Counted from the first letter of the stretch, positions 1 to 10,094 are shown. The stretch: 64,000 nucleotides of DNA from Eubacteriales bacterium (GCA_031556335.1 JAVBTE010000032.1:92-64091), one strand, 5' to 3'. Numbers and translations are program-made. The notes: generated by a model from the letters alone, not told the origin.

Positions 1-220
1 GGCGCCGGAAGGATGGGGAATAAGATGTGCGGTATGTGCGGTTTAGTGGATTTGTGTGGAGCATATCATACGGGGATTTGGGTGTCAATGGTTTGTGTGA
101 GTAATGATACGCCGACACACCCGATAGTCGCGACTGAGGAGGCTTTGTGCCGCTTTTGATTATGTTAGGTAGTCAATTTTGAGAATTTTACCCATTTTTA
201 CGAAGAATTTTGAGAACATA

Positions 221-252
221 AAACCCGCCGAACCTTATGATTCGGCGGGTTT
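221..252 (-). terminator. rho-independent terminator downstream of tRNA-Lys
   Basis: Perfect 12-bp stem AAACCCGCCGAA (221-232) / TTCGGCGGGTTT (241-252) with an 8-nt loop. On the minus strand the stem runs into TTTTAT. Confidence 0.75.
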
Positions 253-255
253 GAA

Positions 256-331
256 TGGTACACCATCAGGGACTCGAACCCTGGACACCCTGATTAAGAG
301 TCAGGTGCTCTACCAACTGAGCTAATGGTGC
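256..331 (-). tRNA. tRNA-Lys (anticodon CTT), CCA encoded
   Basis: The reverse complement folds as a 76-nt cloverleaf: acceptor GCACCAT/ATGGTGT, D arm GCTC-AGTTGGTA-GAGC, anticodon stem CCTGA/TCAGG with loop CT-CTT-AA, T arm CAGGG-TTCGAGT-CCCTG, discriminator A plus CCA. Confidence 0.93.
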
Positions 332-361
332 ATGGCGGTCTTTCGTTGACCGACAAAGGTT

Positions 362-389
362 ATTATACTGGATTTGGGGTAAATGTCAA
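362..389 (-). promoter_or_regulatory. consensus sigma-A type promoter for tRNA-Lys
   Basis: Minus strand reads TTGACA (389..384), 16 nt, TATAAT (367..362), about 30 nt upstream of the tRNA 5' end. Confidence 0.65.
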
Positions 390-539
390 GGCTTTTGCGG
401 CATTTTTTTCATTTTTTCTGTGGCGAATTCCTTTGGTGCAGCCATCTTGCAGTCTGTTTCACCTGCCGTTGCGGGGCATGCGTTTCCGTGGTATAATCGT
501 TCATACCATTTCTTGGATCTGAGAGACGGAGGAACGACC

Positions 540-2228
540 ATGAAGTTGACTTTTTTGGGTGCCGCGCATGAAGTGACGGGTAGCCGTTTTTTGCTGGAAG
601 CTTGCGGAAAGCGCGTGATGATCGACTACGGCATGGAACAGGGCGTGGATGTTTATGAAAACGCGCCCCTGCCGGTGGCGGCGGGGCAGATTGACTTCGT
701 GCTGCTGACCCACGCGCATATCGATCATAGCGGGTATTTGCCGCTGCTGTATAAACAGGGCTTTCAGGGGCAGGTGTTTGCCACCGAGGCTACGATGGAT
801 TTGTGCAAGATCATGCTGCTGGACTCCGCCCACATCCAGGAAATGGATGCCGAATGGAAAAACCGCAAGGCCCAGCGCAGCGGCCGCAACATGGAGGAGC
901 CGCTGTATACCCAGCAGGATGCCATGGGCGTGTGTGCGCTGTTTCAGGCATGCAAGTACAAAACCATGGTGCAGGTGTGCGAGGGCATCGAGATCCGTTT
1001 TGTGGATGTGGGGCATTTGCTGGGCTCGGCGTCCATTGAGGTGTTCGTGACCGAGAACGGCCAAAAGGAGAAGCTGGTGTTCTCCGGAGACATTGGCAAT
1101 GTGAGGCAGCCCCTGCTGAAAGACCCCGAATACATTGCGGAAGCGGACTATGTGGTGATGGAAAGCACCTATGGCGACCGCAGCCATGGCCCGGTGCCGG
1201 ATTATATCGGCAATTTGTCCCGGATTTTGCAGGCGACCTTTGACCGGGGCGGCAATGTGGTCATTCCCAGCTTTGCGGTGGGCCGCACCCAGGAGATGCT
1301 GTACTTTATCCGCCAGATCAAGCAGGAGAAGCGAATCAAGGGCCATGAGGGCTTTCCCGTTTATGTGGATAGTCCCTTGGCCATTGAGGCGACAAACGTG
1401 TTCACCGAAAACACCCTGGAATGCGCCGATGAGGACACCGTGGCGCTGATCCGCCAGGGGGTGAACCCCATCTCTTTTGAGGGCCTCAAGGTGGCGGTCA
1501 GTGCGGATGAGAGCAAGCTGATCAATGAAGACGCAACCCCCAAGGTGATCATTTCCGCCAGCGGCATGTGCGAGGCTGGGCGCATCCGGCACCATCTGAA
1601 GCATAATTTGTGGCGGCCGGAGTGTACGGTGCTGTTTGTGGGGTACCAAAGCAACGGAACCCTGGGCCGAAGCCTGGTGGACGGCGCGCAGGAGGTTAAG
1701 ATTTTTGGGGAGCCCATCGGGGTGAAGGCCTCCATTGAAAAGCTAGACAACATCAGCGGCCACGCCGATAATGCGGGTCTGATGAAGTGGGTCGGCAGCT
1801 TTGGGAACACGCCCAAGCATGTGTTTGTGGTGCATGGCGAGGACGAGGTGTGCGAGGTGTTTGCCGCTCGGGTGCGGGATGAGCTGCGTTTGGTGGTTTC
1901 CGCGCCTTATAACGGCGAGCGCTGGGATCTGACCCAGGGCGTACTGGAGCAGGAAGGCAACAAGGTGAAGCTGGAGAAACCCTCCCATGAGCTTGCGGCA
2001 ATGGACCAGGCTCCCAAGGCGGGCGTGCCCCAACCCAGAGAGGCGAAGCCGGGCAAGCCCCGGATGGAATCCGGCGCCAGCGTGGCCTATGGCCAGTTGA
2101 TGGTGGCTGCCGGACAGCTGATGTCCCTGGCCGAAGGCATGCGGGACAGGAGCCGCAAGGATCTGCAAAAGCTGACCGGGCAGATCAACGTGCTGCTGAA
2201 ACGCTTTGGCAAGCGGGGTCGGAGATAG
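540..2228 (+). CDS. MBL-fold / beta-CASP RNA-metabolising hydrolase (RNase J-like family member) with a C-terminal extension
   Basis: MKLTFLGAAHEVTGS, the HAHIDHSG metallo-beta-lactamase motif, and beta-CASP-like downstream motifs (ESTYGDR, GHAD). GGAGG lies 7 nt before the ATG at 540. The ORF-track start at 420 is a GTG with no RBS. Confidence 0.85.
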   Translation: MKLTFLGAAHEVTGSRFLLEACGKRVMIDYGMEQGVDVYENAPLPVAAGQIDFVLLTHAHIDHSGYLPLLYKQGFQGQVFATEATMDLCKIMLLDSAHIQEMDAEWKNRKAQRSGRNMEEPLYTQQDAMGVCALFQACKYKTMVQVCEGIEIRFVDVGHLLGSASIEVFVTENGQKEKLVFSGDIGNVRQPLLKDPEYIAEADYVVMESTYGDRSHGPVPDYIGNLSRILQATFDRGGNVVIPSFAVGRTQEMLYFIRQIKQEKRIKGHEGFPVYVDSPLAIEATNVFTENTLECADEDTVALIRQGVNPISFEGLKVAVSADESKLINEDATPKVIISASGMCEAGRIRHHLKHNLWRPECTVLFVGYQSNGTLGRSLVDGAQEVKIFGEPIGVKASIEKLDNISGHADNAGLMKWVGSFGNTPKHVFVVHGEDEVCEVFAARVRDELRLVVSAPYNGERWDLTQGVLEQEGNKVKLEKPSHELAAMDQAPKAGVPQPREAKPGKPRMESGASVAYGQLMVAAGQLMSLAEGMRDRSRKDLQKLTGQINVLLKRFGKRGRR

Positions 2229-2521
2229 GGGGGAAGGGCTTTCGGTCGTCGCGGCTTTCCCTGCCACGCAGCCGCCCGCTGCAAGCCCTGGCGCTCGTTC
2301 GTGTGTCCCTTCGGGGCAGGGACTAGGGGTCCACACCCCTGACGCTGCCCTTAGCCCATGCTTTCACCGCGTTTTGCGCGGTGAAAGGAGATGTGAATTC
2401 ATATACAAAGGCCTCCGCTTTTTTGCGGAGGCCTTTGCTGTGCGTAGGGAAGCTAATATTTTGCGCTGTTGTCAAGCCGGAGAAAGGAAGGGCTGCAAGG
2501 GGTGAAACCCCTTCTCCGCTC
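2229..2521. repeat. intergenic multi-hairpin cassette, copy 1 (partly degenerate)
   Basis: Contains hp3 AGGGGTccacACCCCT (2325-2340), hp1 CTTTCACCGCGttttgCGCGGTGAAAG (2361-2387), the central terminator, and hp3' AAGGGGtgaaaCCCCTT (2497-2513). Same modules as the copies at about 17.0, 25.5, 36.0 and 41.0 kb. Confidence 0.7.
2406..2437. terminator. bidirectional hairpin terminator between the MBL gene and rfbB
   Basis: CAAAGGCCTCCGC-tttttt-GCGGAGGCCTTTG, a perfect 13-bp stem between convergent genes. Confidence 0.7.
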
Positions 2522-3541
2522 CTACCGCCCCCCGTACATCCGCTCGTAATAGCCCTGATAGTCTCCGGCCAGAATCCGTTCCCACCAATCCCGGTGCTCC
2601 AAATACCAGCGGATGGTTTTCTGGATGCCGTCCTCAAAGGGGGTTTCGGGCAACCAGCCCAGCACCCGGTGGATTTTGGCGGGATCGATGGCGTAGCGCA
2701 GGTCGTGGCCGGGCCGGTCGGTTACGTAGGTGATGAGGCTTTCCGGCTTGCCTAACTCCCGAAGGATGGTTTTTACCACGGCGAGATTGCTGCGCTCGTT
2801 GTGGCCCCCCACGTTGTATATTTCCCCAGTGCGGCCTTTTCGCATCACCAGGTCGATGGCCCGGCAATGGTCCTCCACATACAGCCAGTCCCTTACGTTT
2901 TCGCCCTTGCCGTATACGGGCAGGGGCTGGTCTCCAAGGGCCCGGGTAATCATGAGGGGGATCAGCTTTTCGGGACAGTGATAGGGGCCGTAGTTGTTGC
3001 TGCACCGGGTGATGCTGACGGGCAGGCCAAAGGTGCGGGCATAGGAAAGCACCACCAGGTCGGCGGAGGCCTTGCTGGCGGAATAGGGCGAGGAAGCGTG
3101 GATGGGGGTTTCCTCAGTAAAGAACAGGTCCGGCCTGTCCAGGGGCAGATCGCCGTAGACCTCGTCAGTGGACACCTGGTGGAAGCGGACAACGCCGTGC
3201 TTGCGGCAGGCGTCCATCAGCACCTGGGTGCCCATGATGTTGGTGCGCAAAAACACCTCCGGGTCCTCAATGGAGCGGTCCACATGGCTTTCCGCCGCAA
3301 AGTTCACCACGATGTCCGGCCGCTCTTTTTGAAAAAGATCGAAGATGAAGGGCCTGTCCGCAATGTCCCCTTTCACAAACCGGAAATGGGGCGATTTCAT
3401 GGCTTCATCAAGGGTGGCCATGTTGCCCGCATAGGTAAGGGCGTCCAGCGCCAGCACCTCATCCTGCGGGTGATTCGCCAGTTGATGGTACACAAAATTG
3501 CCACCGATAAAGCCCGCGGCGCCCGTAATTAAGATTTTCAT
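2522..3541 (-). CDS. rfbB: dTDP-glucose 4,6-dehydratase
   Basis: MKILITGAAGFIGGNF Rossmann N-terminus, the YSASKASAD catalytic YxxxK region, C-terminal WWERI. The ATG at 3541 lies 10 nt after GGGAGG; a TTG at 3547 is the alternative. Confidence 0.95.
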   Translation of the reverse strand: MKILITGAAGFIGGNFVYHQLANHPQDEVLALDALTYAGNMATLDEAMKSPHFRFVKGDIADRPFIFDLFQKERPDIVVNFAAESHVDRSIEDPEVFLRTNIMGTQVLMDACRKHGVVRFHQVSTDEVYGDLPLDRPDLFFTEETPIHASSPYSASKASADLVVLSYARTFGLPVSITRCSNNYGPYHCPEKLIPLMITRALGDQPLPVYGKGENVRDWLYVEDHCRAIDLVMRKGRTGEIYNVGGHNERSNLAVVKTILRELGKPESLITYVTDRPGHDLRYAIDPAKIHRVLGWLPETPFEDGIQKTIRWYLEHRDWWERILAGDYQGYYERMYGGR

Positions 3542-3589
3542 ACGCAATTTTCCTCCCGTGCGCTTGAAGCTACAATGAGACCGGTCGTC

Positions 3590-4489
3590 TTATTCCGCGC
3601 TTTTGTCATACAAGATACGGCCCTCCGCCACCCGGCGCAGGTGTTCGCCATAGGGAGACTTGCCATAGCGGTTGGCGGAATCCAGCAGCGTCTCTTTGGA
3701 AATCCATCCTTTTTGGTAGGCGATTTCCTCCAGGGCCGCAATTTTGACGCTTTGCCGTTTCTCAATCAACTGCACAAAGTTGGCGGCGTCCACCAGGCTG
3801 TCGATGGTGCCGGTGTCCACCCAGGCAAAGCCCCGGCCCAGCACCTTGGCGCAAAGGGAACCTTCCTTAAGGTACAGGTCGTTCAGGCTGGTAATTTCCA
3901 GCTCGCCCCGATGGCTGGGCTTTACCTGCTTGGCAAAGGCCGAAGCCCGCCCGTCGTAGAAGTAAAGGCCCGTGATGCAGTAATTGCTTTTTGGGTTTTG
4001 AGGCTTTTCCTCCACGGAGAGCACCTTGCCACGGGAATCGAATTCCACAATGCCAAAGCGCTCCGGGTCGTTGACATAATAGCCGAAGATGGTGGCCTTG
4101 CCCTGCTCGGCGTTTTGCACCGCATCGGCCAGCATGGCGGAAAAGCCGTTGCCGTAAAAGATGTTGTCCCCCAATACCATGGCGCAGGGTTCACCGCCGA
4201 TGAATTCCTCGCCGATGAGGAACGCCTGGGCCAGCCCGTCGGGGGAGGGCTGCACCGCGTAGGAAAGGGAGAGGCCAAACTGGTTGCCGTCTCCCAGCAG
4301 ATCGCGAAAACGGGGCGTGTCCGTAGGCGTGGAAATGATGAGGATATCGCGGATGCCCGCCAGCATCAGGGTGGACAGGGGATAGTAGATCATGGGCTTG
4401 TCGTAGATCGGCAGCAGTTGCTTGCTGGTTACCATGGTCAGCGGATACAGCCGGGTGCCCGCGCCCCCCGCAAGGATGATTCCTTTCAT
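3590..4489 (-). CDS. rfbA: glucose-1-phosphate thymidylyltransferase
   Basis: [18 protein letters not shown]...[18 protein letters not shown] is diagnostic. The start ATG shares 1 nt with the upstream TGA. The 430-aa track ORF is an N-terminal over-extension. Confidence 0.95.
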   Translation of the reverse strand: MKGIILAGGAGTRLYPLTMVTSKQLLPIYDKPMIYYPLSTLMLAGIRDILIISTPTDTPRFRDLLGDGNQFGLSLSYAVQPSPDGLAQAFLIGEEFIGGEPCAMVLGDNIFYGNGFSAMLADAVQNAEQGKATIFGYYVNDPERFGIVEFDSRGKVLSVEEKPQNPKSNYCITGLYFYDGRASAFAKQVKPSHRGELEITSLNDLYLKEGSLCAKVLGRGFAWVDTGTIDSLVDAANFVQLIEKRQSVKIAALEEIAYQKGWISKETLLDSANRYGKSPYGEHLRRVAEGRILYDKSAE

Positions 4490-5505
4490 CAAAAAGCCGC
4501 CTTTCTTGGTTGCACGCCCACACCCCCGGCGGGGGAGGGGGAAGATTCCACTGGAACGCCGCGGTCGGTCGGGCCAAAGTTGATGCGCTCCTGCTCCACC
4601 ACCAAAGGCCGCTTCATCAGGCGCGTGTTCATGGACATGATGTACTCGCCCATCAGGCCGATAAAAAAGAGCTGAACGCTGCCAAGCAAAAATACGCCGA
4701 TGACCGTGGGCGCCTGGCCGGCCACGAACCGGTCCCAGTAGATCAGCTTCATCACAAGATAGACCAGGGCGATGAGAAAGCCGATCAGGCTGAAAATAGC
4801 CCCGACAAACACAGCCAGCCGCAGACCGATTTTGGTGTAGGACGTGAAGGAGAGCATGGCCGCGTCGTAGAGGGAATACCAATTGTTGTGGCTTTTGCCC
4901 GCCCGCCGCCGGGCCTGTTCGTAGGGAATCTCCTTGCGGGGGCCGCCCAGTTCCGCCACGATGCCGCGAATAAAGGGCGTTGGATCATCAAGGTCGCGAA
5001 GCACCTGGATAAAGCTTTTGTCATACAGGCCAAAGCCGGTAAAGTGCTCAATCTGCTCGCAGGAGGACATGCGCTTGATCAGCTTGTAGTAGAAAGAACG
5101 CACGTGATAGACCAGCTTGTTTTCCTTGCTGGTTTTTTTCACGCCGCATACGATTTGATAGCCTTCCTCCCACGCCGCCACAAACTGGGGGATCATCTCC
5201 ACCGGGTCCTGGAAATCGGCGCAGATGCTGATCACCGCGTCCCCCTGGGTTTGGAGCAGGGCATAGTAGGGGGAGTTGAACTGCCCGAAGTTTTTGACAT
5301 TGAAGATGGCCTTGATCTTTGGGTTCGCGGCGCAGGCCTCCCGGATGCGTTCCCGGGTGCGGTCCTTGCTGCGGTTGTCGATGAAAATGATTTCATAATC
5401 ATAGGCGGGCAGTTTCTCCATTTCCGCCACCACGGCGGCGGAAATGGGCAGCACGTTGTCCTCTTCGTTGTAGCAGGGAATCATGACGGAAAGCAGCTTC
5501 TTCAT
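4489..5505 (-). CDS. family-2 glycosyltransferase with two C-terminal TM helices (GtrB / polyprenyl-phosphate glycosyltransferase type)
   Basis: [17 protein letters not shown]...[13 protein letters not shown]2 core, plus C-terminal hydrophobic segments ([46 protein letters not shown]). AAAGGAG lies 5 nt upstream. ATGA overlap with the preceding gene. Confidence 0.85.
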   Translation of the reverse strand: MKKLLSVMIPCYNEEDNVLPISAAVVAEMEKLPAYDYEIIFIDNRSKDRTRERIREACAANPKIKAIFNVKNFGQFNSPYYALLQTQGDAVISICADFQDPVEMIPQFVAAWEEGYQIVCGVKKTSKENKLVYHVRSFYYKLIKRMSSCEQIEHFTGFGLYDKSFIQVLRDLDDPTPFIRGIVAELGGPRKEIPYEQARRRAGKSHNNWYSLYDAAMLSFTSYTKIGLRLAVFVGAIFSLIGFLIALVYLVMKLIYWDRFVAGQAPTVIGVFLLGSVQLFFIGLMGEYIMSMNTRLMKRPLVVEQERINFGPTDRGVPVESSPSPAGGVGVQPRKAAF

Positions 5506-6428
5506 AGGTTCTCCTTTATCCACGCGATGGTTTTGCGAATGCCGTCCACATAGGCCACCTGGGGTTCAAAGCCTGTATCCGCCCGCAGCTTTTCGATGTT
5601 CGCCTCCAGGCGCATGATTTGCCCCGGAGGATAGGGGAGGTCGCCCAGGCCGACCCTTGCGGCGGGGTCCGTTTCCCGGCACAGGATGGACAGGGCATCC
5701 GACAAAAGGATGGGCTGGCCGCTGCCCAGCACATAGGTTTCGCCGTCTTTGCCCCTTTCGCCCAACAGCCGAAAGGCCCGGGCCGCGTCCGTGGCATAGA
5801 GGAAATCCCATACTTGCTCGCCTTTGGTAAAGTGGACGGGCTCGCCCCGCAGAAGCTTCAAAATGGTGGAGGGAATGAGGGTTTCCGGCTTGACCAGGGG
5901 TCCGTACACGCTGAGGATTCTGGCCCACACGAAGGAAATGCCCAGGGTATGCGCATGAAGCCTTCCCAACCGCCCCGCCGACAGCTTGGCAATGCCGTAG
6001 CCGCTGGTGGGGAAGGCGGGGGTATCCGGGGCCAGGGGAAGCGACGTTTGCGGCATGCCGTATTCCGCCTGGGAACCCGCGCCCACAAACCGGCTGCAAC
6101 CCAGCCGCTTGGCCAGGGAAACGGCCTCCAGCGTATGGCGGATATTCCCCTCCTGCAAAAAGGCGTCGTCCCGGTGGGGGCCGAAGGTGCCGGCCCAGGC
6201 AAAATGGTACAGGATCTCATAGGGAGCATCCCCCGGCACGCCCGAGAACTGGTGAAGGTCCTCCAGATCGCATTCCACAACGCGCACCCGGGGATGGCGG
6301 GGCACATACCGGGCTCCTTCCGGGCCTTTGCGCACCAGGGCCAGCACCTCCGCACCCTGGCCCAGCAATTCCCGGGTCAAGGCCACGCCCAGCATGCCGT
6401 TGGCCCCGGTGATCACGGCCCGGGTCAT
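5502..6428 (-). CDS. NAD-dependent epimerase/dehydratase (SDR) family protein, candidate nucleotide-sugar ketoreductase
   Basis: MTRAVITGANGMLGVAL Rossmann motif and a YGIAK catalytic YxxxK. ATGA overlaps at both ends. Confidence 0.85.
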   Translation of the reverse strand: MTRAVITGANGMLGVALTRELLGQGAEVLALVRKGPEGARYVPRHPRVRVVECDLEDLHQFSGVPGDAPYEILYHFAWAGTFGPHRDDAFLQEGNIRHTLEAVSLAKRLGCSRFVGAGSQAEYGMPQTSLPLAPDTPAFPTSGYGIAKLSAGRLGRLHAHTLGISFVWARILSVYGPLVKPETLIPSTILKLLRGEPVHFTKGEQVWDFLYATDAARAFRLLGERGKDGETYVLGSGQPILLSDALSILCRETDPAARVGLGDLPYPPGQIMRLEANIEKLRADTGFEPQVAYVDGIRKTIAWIKENL

Positions 6429-8251
6429 GGCTTTTTGATAGGGGCGATCAGCATGTTGGCGCGCTGTTCGTCCTCCGGCAGGAAGGGATACAAATCCTCC
6501 AGGGGCGGGGAGACCATGGTGCCGTCCGGCAGGCGCTTGGCCGCGCTGCGGGGCTCAAACACCTGGGCCTTGGTCACCAGCACCTCGCACACAACGGGCC
6601 CTTCCTGGGCCAGCGCCTGGGGCAGCACGGAGGCGAGATCGTCGTTGTTTCGGATGGCAAAGTAGGGATAGCCATAGGCCCAGGCCAGCTTTTCCAGGGA
6701 GGGGAAGCTGAGGTCGAAGCTATCCAGGCCAATGCCCACCAAGGGAGGCGGAAAAAAGTTGTTTTGGGTCTGCCGAATGCTGTGGTAGCCTTCGTTGTTG
6801 ATGATAAACAGCCGGATGGGTAGGCGATGGTGGATGATGGTTTGAAGCTCCTGCAGGTTCATTTGCAGGCTGCCGTCCCCGGAAACGCACACGATGGGGG
6901 CCTTGCCGCCGGCGACGCACGCGCCGATGGCGGCGGGAAGGTCGTAGCCCATGGAGGCCACGGCGGACTTGATCAAAAACCGCTGGCCCTTTTTCATAAC
7001 ATAGCCATGACTGCCCACCACGCAGGCGGAACCGTTGCCCACCACGGTGACCTGGCCTTCGGGCAGGCGGGAACTGAGCTCGTGAATGAAGGCGTAGACG
7101 TTGGTCTGCTCGCAGGGCGCATAGTGCCGGGGCAGAACCACCGGGTATTTTTCTTTCCAGCTTTGGCACTGGGAAAGCCAGTCTTTCCCATGGAACAGAG
7201 GCTCTTCCGGCAGGGCTGCGGCCAGCTTTTGAAGGAAGTCCGCCGCGTCCCCGCACAGGGGCAGGTCAATGTGCAGCGTGGGCTTTTTCAGCTCCTCGGG
7301 GTCGATATCCACCGCGATGACAAAGGCCTCCCGGGCCCAGGTTTGGTAGTTGTAGCCCACCTGGCGGATGCTGAGCCGGTTGCCTACGGCCAGCACTAGG
7401 TCGCTGTTTTGCACGGCGTAGTTGCCCGCCCGGTCGCCCATGATGCCGCCCCGGCCCGCGTAAAGGGGGTCGTCGGTGGTCATCAGGTCGATGCTGTTCC
7501 AGCCGGTCACCACGGGGATGTTCAGCTTTCGCACCACGGCCTGGAAGGCGTCAAAAGCCCCTGCCGTGCGAACGCCGCTGCCGGGATACAGCACAGGCCG
7601 CTTGGCCGCGGAAATCCGGCGGATCACTTCCTGGATGGCATCCTCCGGCACCGGAGCGGGAACGGCGTCCGGGCACTCGGCGGGGTCAAAGCCCACCAGG
7701 GTGTCCGTATCCACCACGGCGGCCTGCACGTTCAGGGGAATGTCCAGCCAGGAGGGGCCGGGGCGGCCACGGGTGGCCAGGTACAGCGCCTTTTCCAGGC
7801 AATAGCGGATTCTCTCCGGCTGAATGACCATTTCGCTGAACTTGCACATGCAGCCCACAGCCTTCACGATGTCAAACTCCTGGTCGCCCATGGCCCGAAG
7901 GTGGAGGCCGGTACTGCGGGCCGTGGTGTCGAACCGCACCTGACCGGAAATGACCAGCATGGGAATGCTGTCCAGCCAGCCGCCCAGAACCCCGGTGATG
8001 GCGTTGGTTCCGCCGGGGCCGGTGGTGACGCAAACGGCGGCGATTTGGTTGTTCAGCCGGGCATAGGCCTCCGCCGCGATGGCGCAGGCCTGCTCGTGGT
8101 GGTTGTACACGCACCGCAGGCCCGGATGGTGCCCCAGGCCGTCGTTCAAGTGCATGGCGCCCCCGCCTGTGACGGAGAACACCTGGGTGATGCCGTTGTC
8201 CGCCAAAAAATCGGCGATATAGTCCGCAACTCTCCGTTTGATAGCAATCAT
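6425..8251 (-). CDS. thiamine-diphosphate-binding enzyme, acetolactate-synthase-like (YerE-like candidate)
   Basis: MIAIKRRVADYIADFLADNGITQVFSVTGGGAMHLND...TTGPGGTNAITG, with a C-terminal GDGSLQMNLQEL ThDP motif. The 776-aa track ORF over-extends into the GtrA gene in another frame. Confidence 0.85.
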   Translation of the reverse strand: MIAIKRRVADYIADFLADNGITQVFSVTGGGAMHLNDGLGHHPGLRCVYNHHEQACAIAAEAYARLNNQIAAVCVTTGPGGTNAITGVLGGWLDSIPMLVISGQVRFDTTARSTGLHLRAMGDQEFDIVKAVGCMCKFSEMVIQPERIRYCLEKALYLATRGRPGPSWLDIPLNVQAAVVDTDTLVGFDPAECPDAVPAPVPEDAIQEVIRRISAAKRPVLYPGSGVRTAGAFDAFQAVVRKLNIPVVTGWNSIDLMTTDDPLYAGRGGIMGDRAGNYAVQNSDLVLAVGNRLSIRQVGYNYQTWAREAFVIAVDIDPEELKKPTLHIDLPLCGDAADFLQKLAAALPEEPLFHGKDWLSQCQSWKEKYPVVLPRHYAPCEQTNVYAFIHELSSRLPEGQVTVVGNGSACVVGSHGYVMKKGQRFLIKSAVASMGYDLPAAIGACVAGGKAPIVCVSGDGSLQMNLQELQTIIHHRLPIRLFIINNEGYHSIRQTQNNFFPPPLVGIGLDSFDLSFPSLEKLAWAYGYPYFAIRNNDDLASVLPQALAQEGPVVCEVLVTKAQVFEPRSAAKRLPDGTMVSPPLEDLYPFLPEDEQRANMLIAPIKKP

Positions 8252-8268
8252 CCTTTCTTGTCGACGAC

Positions 8269-8745
8269 TTATGGTTGGGGAGTTCCGGCGTTTTCGCCGC
8301 CTTTCTTCCCAAAAGCCCAAAACTTGTTGAGCACATAATTCAGGGGAATGGTGATGAGCAGGTTGATGACCGGGGCCAGGCTTTGGGACACGCCCAGCGC
8401 TTCCACCCACAGGGTGAGCAGGGCGGTGCCCAGCAAAAACGTGCTGCCGTAGGAAAGAAAGGCCTTGCCGTAGGCCGCCAGATGCCGGGCAAAGGAGAGG
8501 GCCCCCTGGCTTTTGAACACATAGCGGCTGTTCCAGTAGTAGGCGTTGGTCACGCTGACCACAAAGGCCAGCACGTTGGCCAGCTGATAGTGCAGATGAA
8601 GGCCGTGGAGGCACAGCTGGTATACCAAAAGGGAGATGAGCGTGTTGGAAACGCCCACGATGCCGAATTTCACAAACTGCACCAGAGAACCATACTTCGG
8701 ATTTTCCTCCAGGGCCCGAAGCCAGGCTTTGAAGCGTTTGATCAT
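8269..8745 (-). CDS. GtrA family membrane protein (putative polyprenol-linked sugar flippase)
   Basis: 158 aa with four hydrophobic segments; LVQFVKFGIVGVSNTLISLLVY and NYVLNKFWAF are typical GtrA signatures. Confidence 0.85.
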   Translation of the reverse strand: MIKRFKAWLRALEENPKYGSLVQFVKFGIVGVSNTLISLLVYQLCLHGLHLHYQLANVLAFVVSVTNAYYWNSRYVFKSQGALSFARHLAAYGKAFLSYGSTFLLGTALLTLWVEALGVSQSLAPVINLLITIPLNYVLNKFWAFGKKGGENAGTPQP

Positions 8746-10094
8746 GCCTGCCCAACCGCTTCCCGAATGACCTGTGCCATGTAATCCAGCTTGTCCTCCG
8801 TCAGGCCGGGATACACGCCCACCCAGAAGGTGTCCCGCATGATGCGGTCGGTCTCGGTCAGCTCGCCCGCCACCCGGAACCCCTGGCCGCTTTTGCGCAG
8901 CTCGTCAAAGCAGGGGTGCTTCAAAAGGTTGCCCGCAAAGAGCATCCGGGTTTGCACGCCGCTTTTTTCAATGTGGGAAACCACCTTGCGGCGGTCGACG
9001 CCTTCCCGGCAGGTGAGGAGATAGCCAAACCAGCTGGGCCGGGAATGGGGCGCGGCTTCCGGCAGGATGAGCCGGTCTGAAAGGGGCTGGAAGGCTTCGT
9101 TCAGGCGGGCAAAATTGGCCCGGCGGCGCTCCACAAAGCCGGGGAATTTTTCCAGCTGGGCGCAGCCCACGGCGGCTTGCAGATCGGTGGCCTTCAGGTT
9201 ATAGCCGAAATGGGAGTAGACGTATTTGTGGTCGTAACCGGCGGGAAGCTCGCCGTATTGCCGGTCGAACCGGTGGCCACACAGGTTGTCCACCCCGGAG
9301 GGGCACATGCAGTCCCGGCCCCAGTCCCGGAAGGAGCGGCAAATTTTGTGCAGCAGTGGGTTTTGGGTATACACCGCGCCGCCTTCGCCCATGGTCATGT
9401 GGTGAGGCGGGTAAAAGCTGCTGGTGCCCAGGTCCCCCACGGTGCCGGTGAAGCGCTCAGTGCCGTCCAGGGTGTAGCGGGAGCCCAGGGCGTCGCAGTT
9501 GTCCTCAATCAGCCAAAGCCCATGCTGGTCGCAGAAAGCCTTGACAGCGGCCAGGTCGAAGGGGTTGCCCAAGGTGTGGGCTACCATGACGGCCTTGGTT
9601 TTGGGGGAGAGGGCCAGGGCAAGCCTGGAAACGTCGATATTGTACTGGGGAATGGTAACGTCTACAAAAACGGGCACGGCGCCGTATTGCAGCACGGGGG
9701 TCACCGTGGTGGGGAAGCCTGCCGCCACCGTGATGACCTCGTCTCCCCGAAAAATGCGCCGGTCCCCCAAAAGCGGGGAAGTGAGGGTCATAAACGCCAG
9801 CAAATTGGCGGAGGAACCGCTGTTCACCAGGGAGCAATGCTTTACGCCCAGGTAGGCGGCCAGTTTTTCTTCAAAAAGATCGGTATACCGCCCGGAGGTC
9901 AGCCAAAATTCCAGGGAAGAATCCACCAGGTTCATCATTTCTCGGCGGTCATACACCCGGGAGGCATAGGGGATGCGCTGCCCTTCCTCAAAAGGCGTTG
10001 GCTGGTTGTGAAAGACATCGCAATATTCGCCCACCAGGGCCAAAATTTCTTCCCGGGCCTGGTTTGGGGTTTTTCCTTCAAAGTGCTTGCTCAT
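8742..10094 (-). CDS. rfbH: DegT/DnrJ/EryC1-family enzyme of the RfbH type (CDP-4-keto-6-deoxy-D-glucose 3-dehydrase, E1)
   Basis: MSKHFEGKT...YASRVYDRREMMNLVDSSLEFWLTSGRY...LVNSGSSANLLA resembles RfbH/DdhC. The ATG at 10094 forms an ATGA overlap with the rfbG stop. Confidence 0.8.
   Translation of the reverse strand: MSKHFEGKTPNQAREEILALVGEYCDVFHNQPTPFEEGQRIPYASRVYDRREMMNLVDSSLEFWLTSGRYTDLFEEKLAAYLGVKHCSLVNSGSSANLLAFMTLTSPLLGDRRIFRGDEVITVAAGFPTTVTPVLQYGAVPVFVDVTIPQYNIDVSRLALALSPKTKAVMVAHTLGNPFDLAAVKAFCDQHGLWLIEDNCDALGSRYTLDGTERFTGTVGDLGTSSFYPPHHMTMGEGGAVYTQNPLLHKICRSFRDWGRDCMCPSGVDNLCGHRFDRQYGELPAGYDHKYVYSHFGYNLKATDLQAAVGCAQLEKFPGFVERRRANFARLNEAFQPLSDRLILPEAAPHSRPSWFGYLLTCREGVDRRKVVSHIEKSGVQTRMLFAGNLLKHPCFDELRKSGQGFRVAGELTETDRIMRDTFWVGVYPGLTEDKLDYMAQVIREAVGQA

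Noticed and set aside
6425-8755. Over-extended track ORFs: the 776-aa ThDP enzyme, the 430-aa RfbA (3590-4882), the 611-aa PotD (42224-44059), and 50099-50773, 13260-15833, 55962-57194.
   Set aside because: The N-terminal extensions run through the upstream gene in another frame and lack an RBS. Internal ATG, GTG or TTG starts with good Shine-Dalgarno sequences give canonical protein lengths and tight gene junctions.
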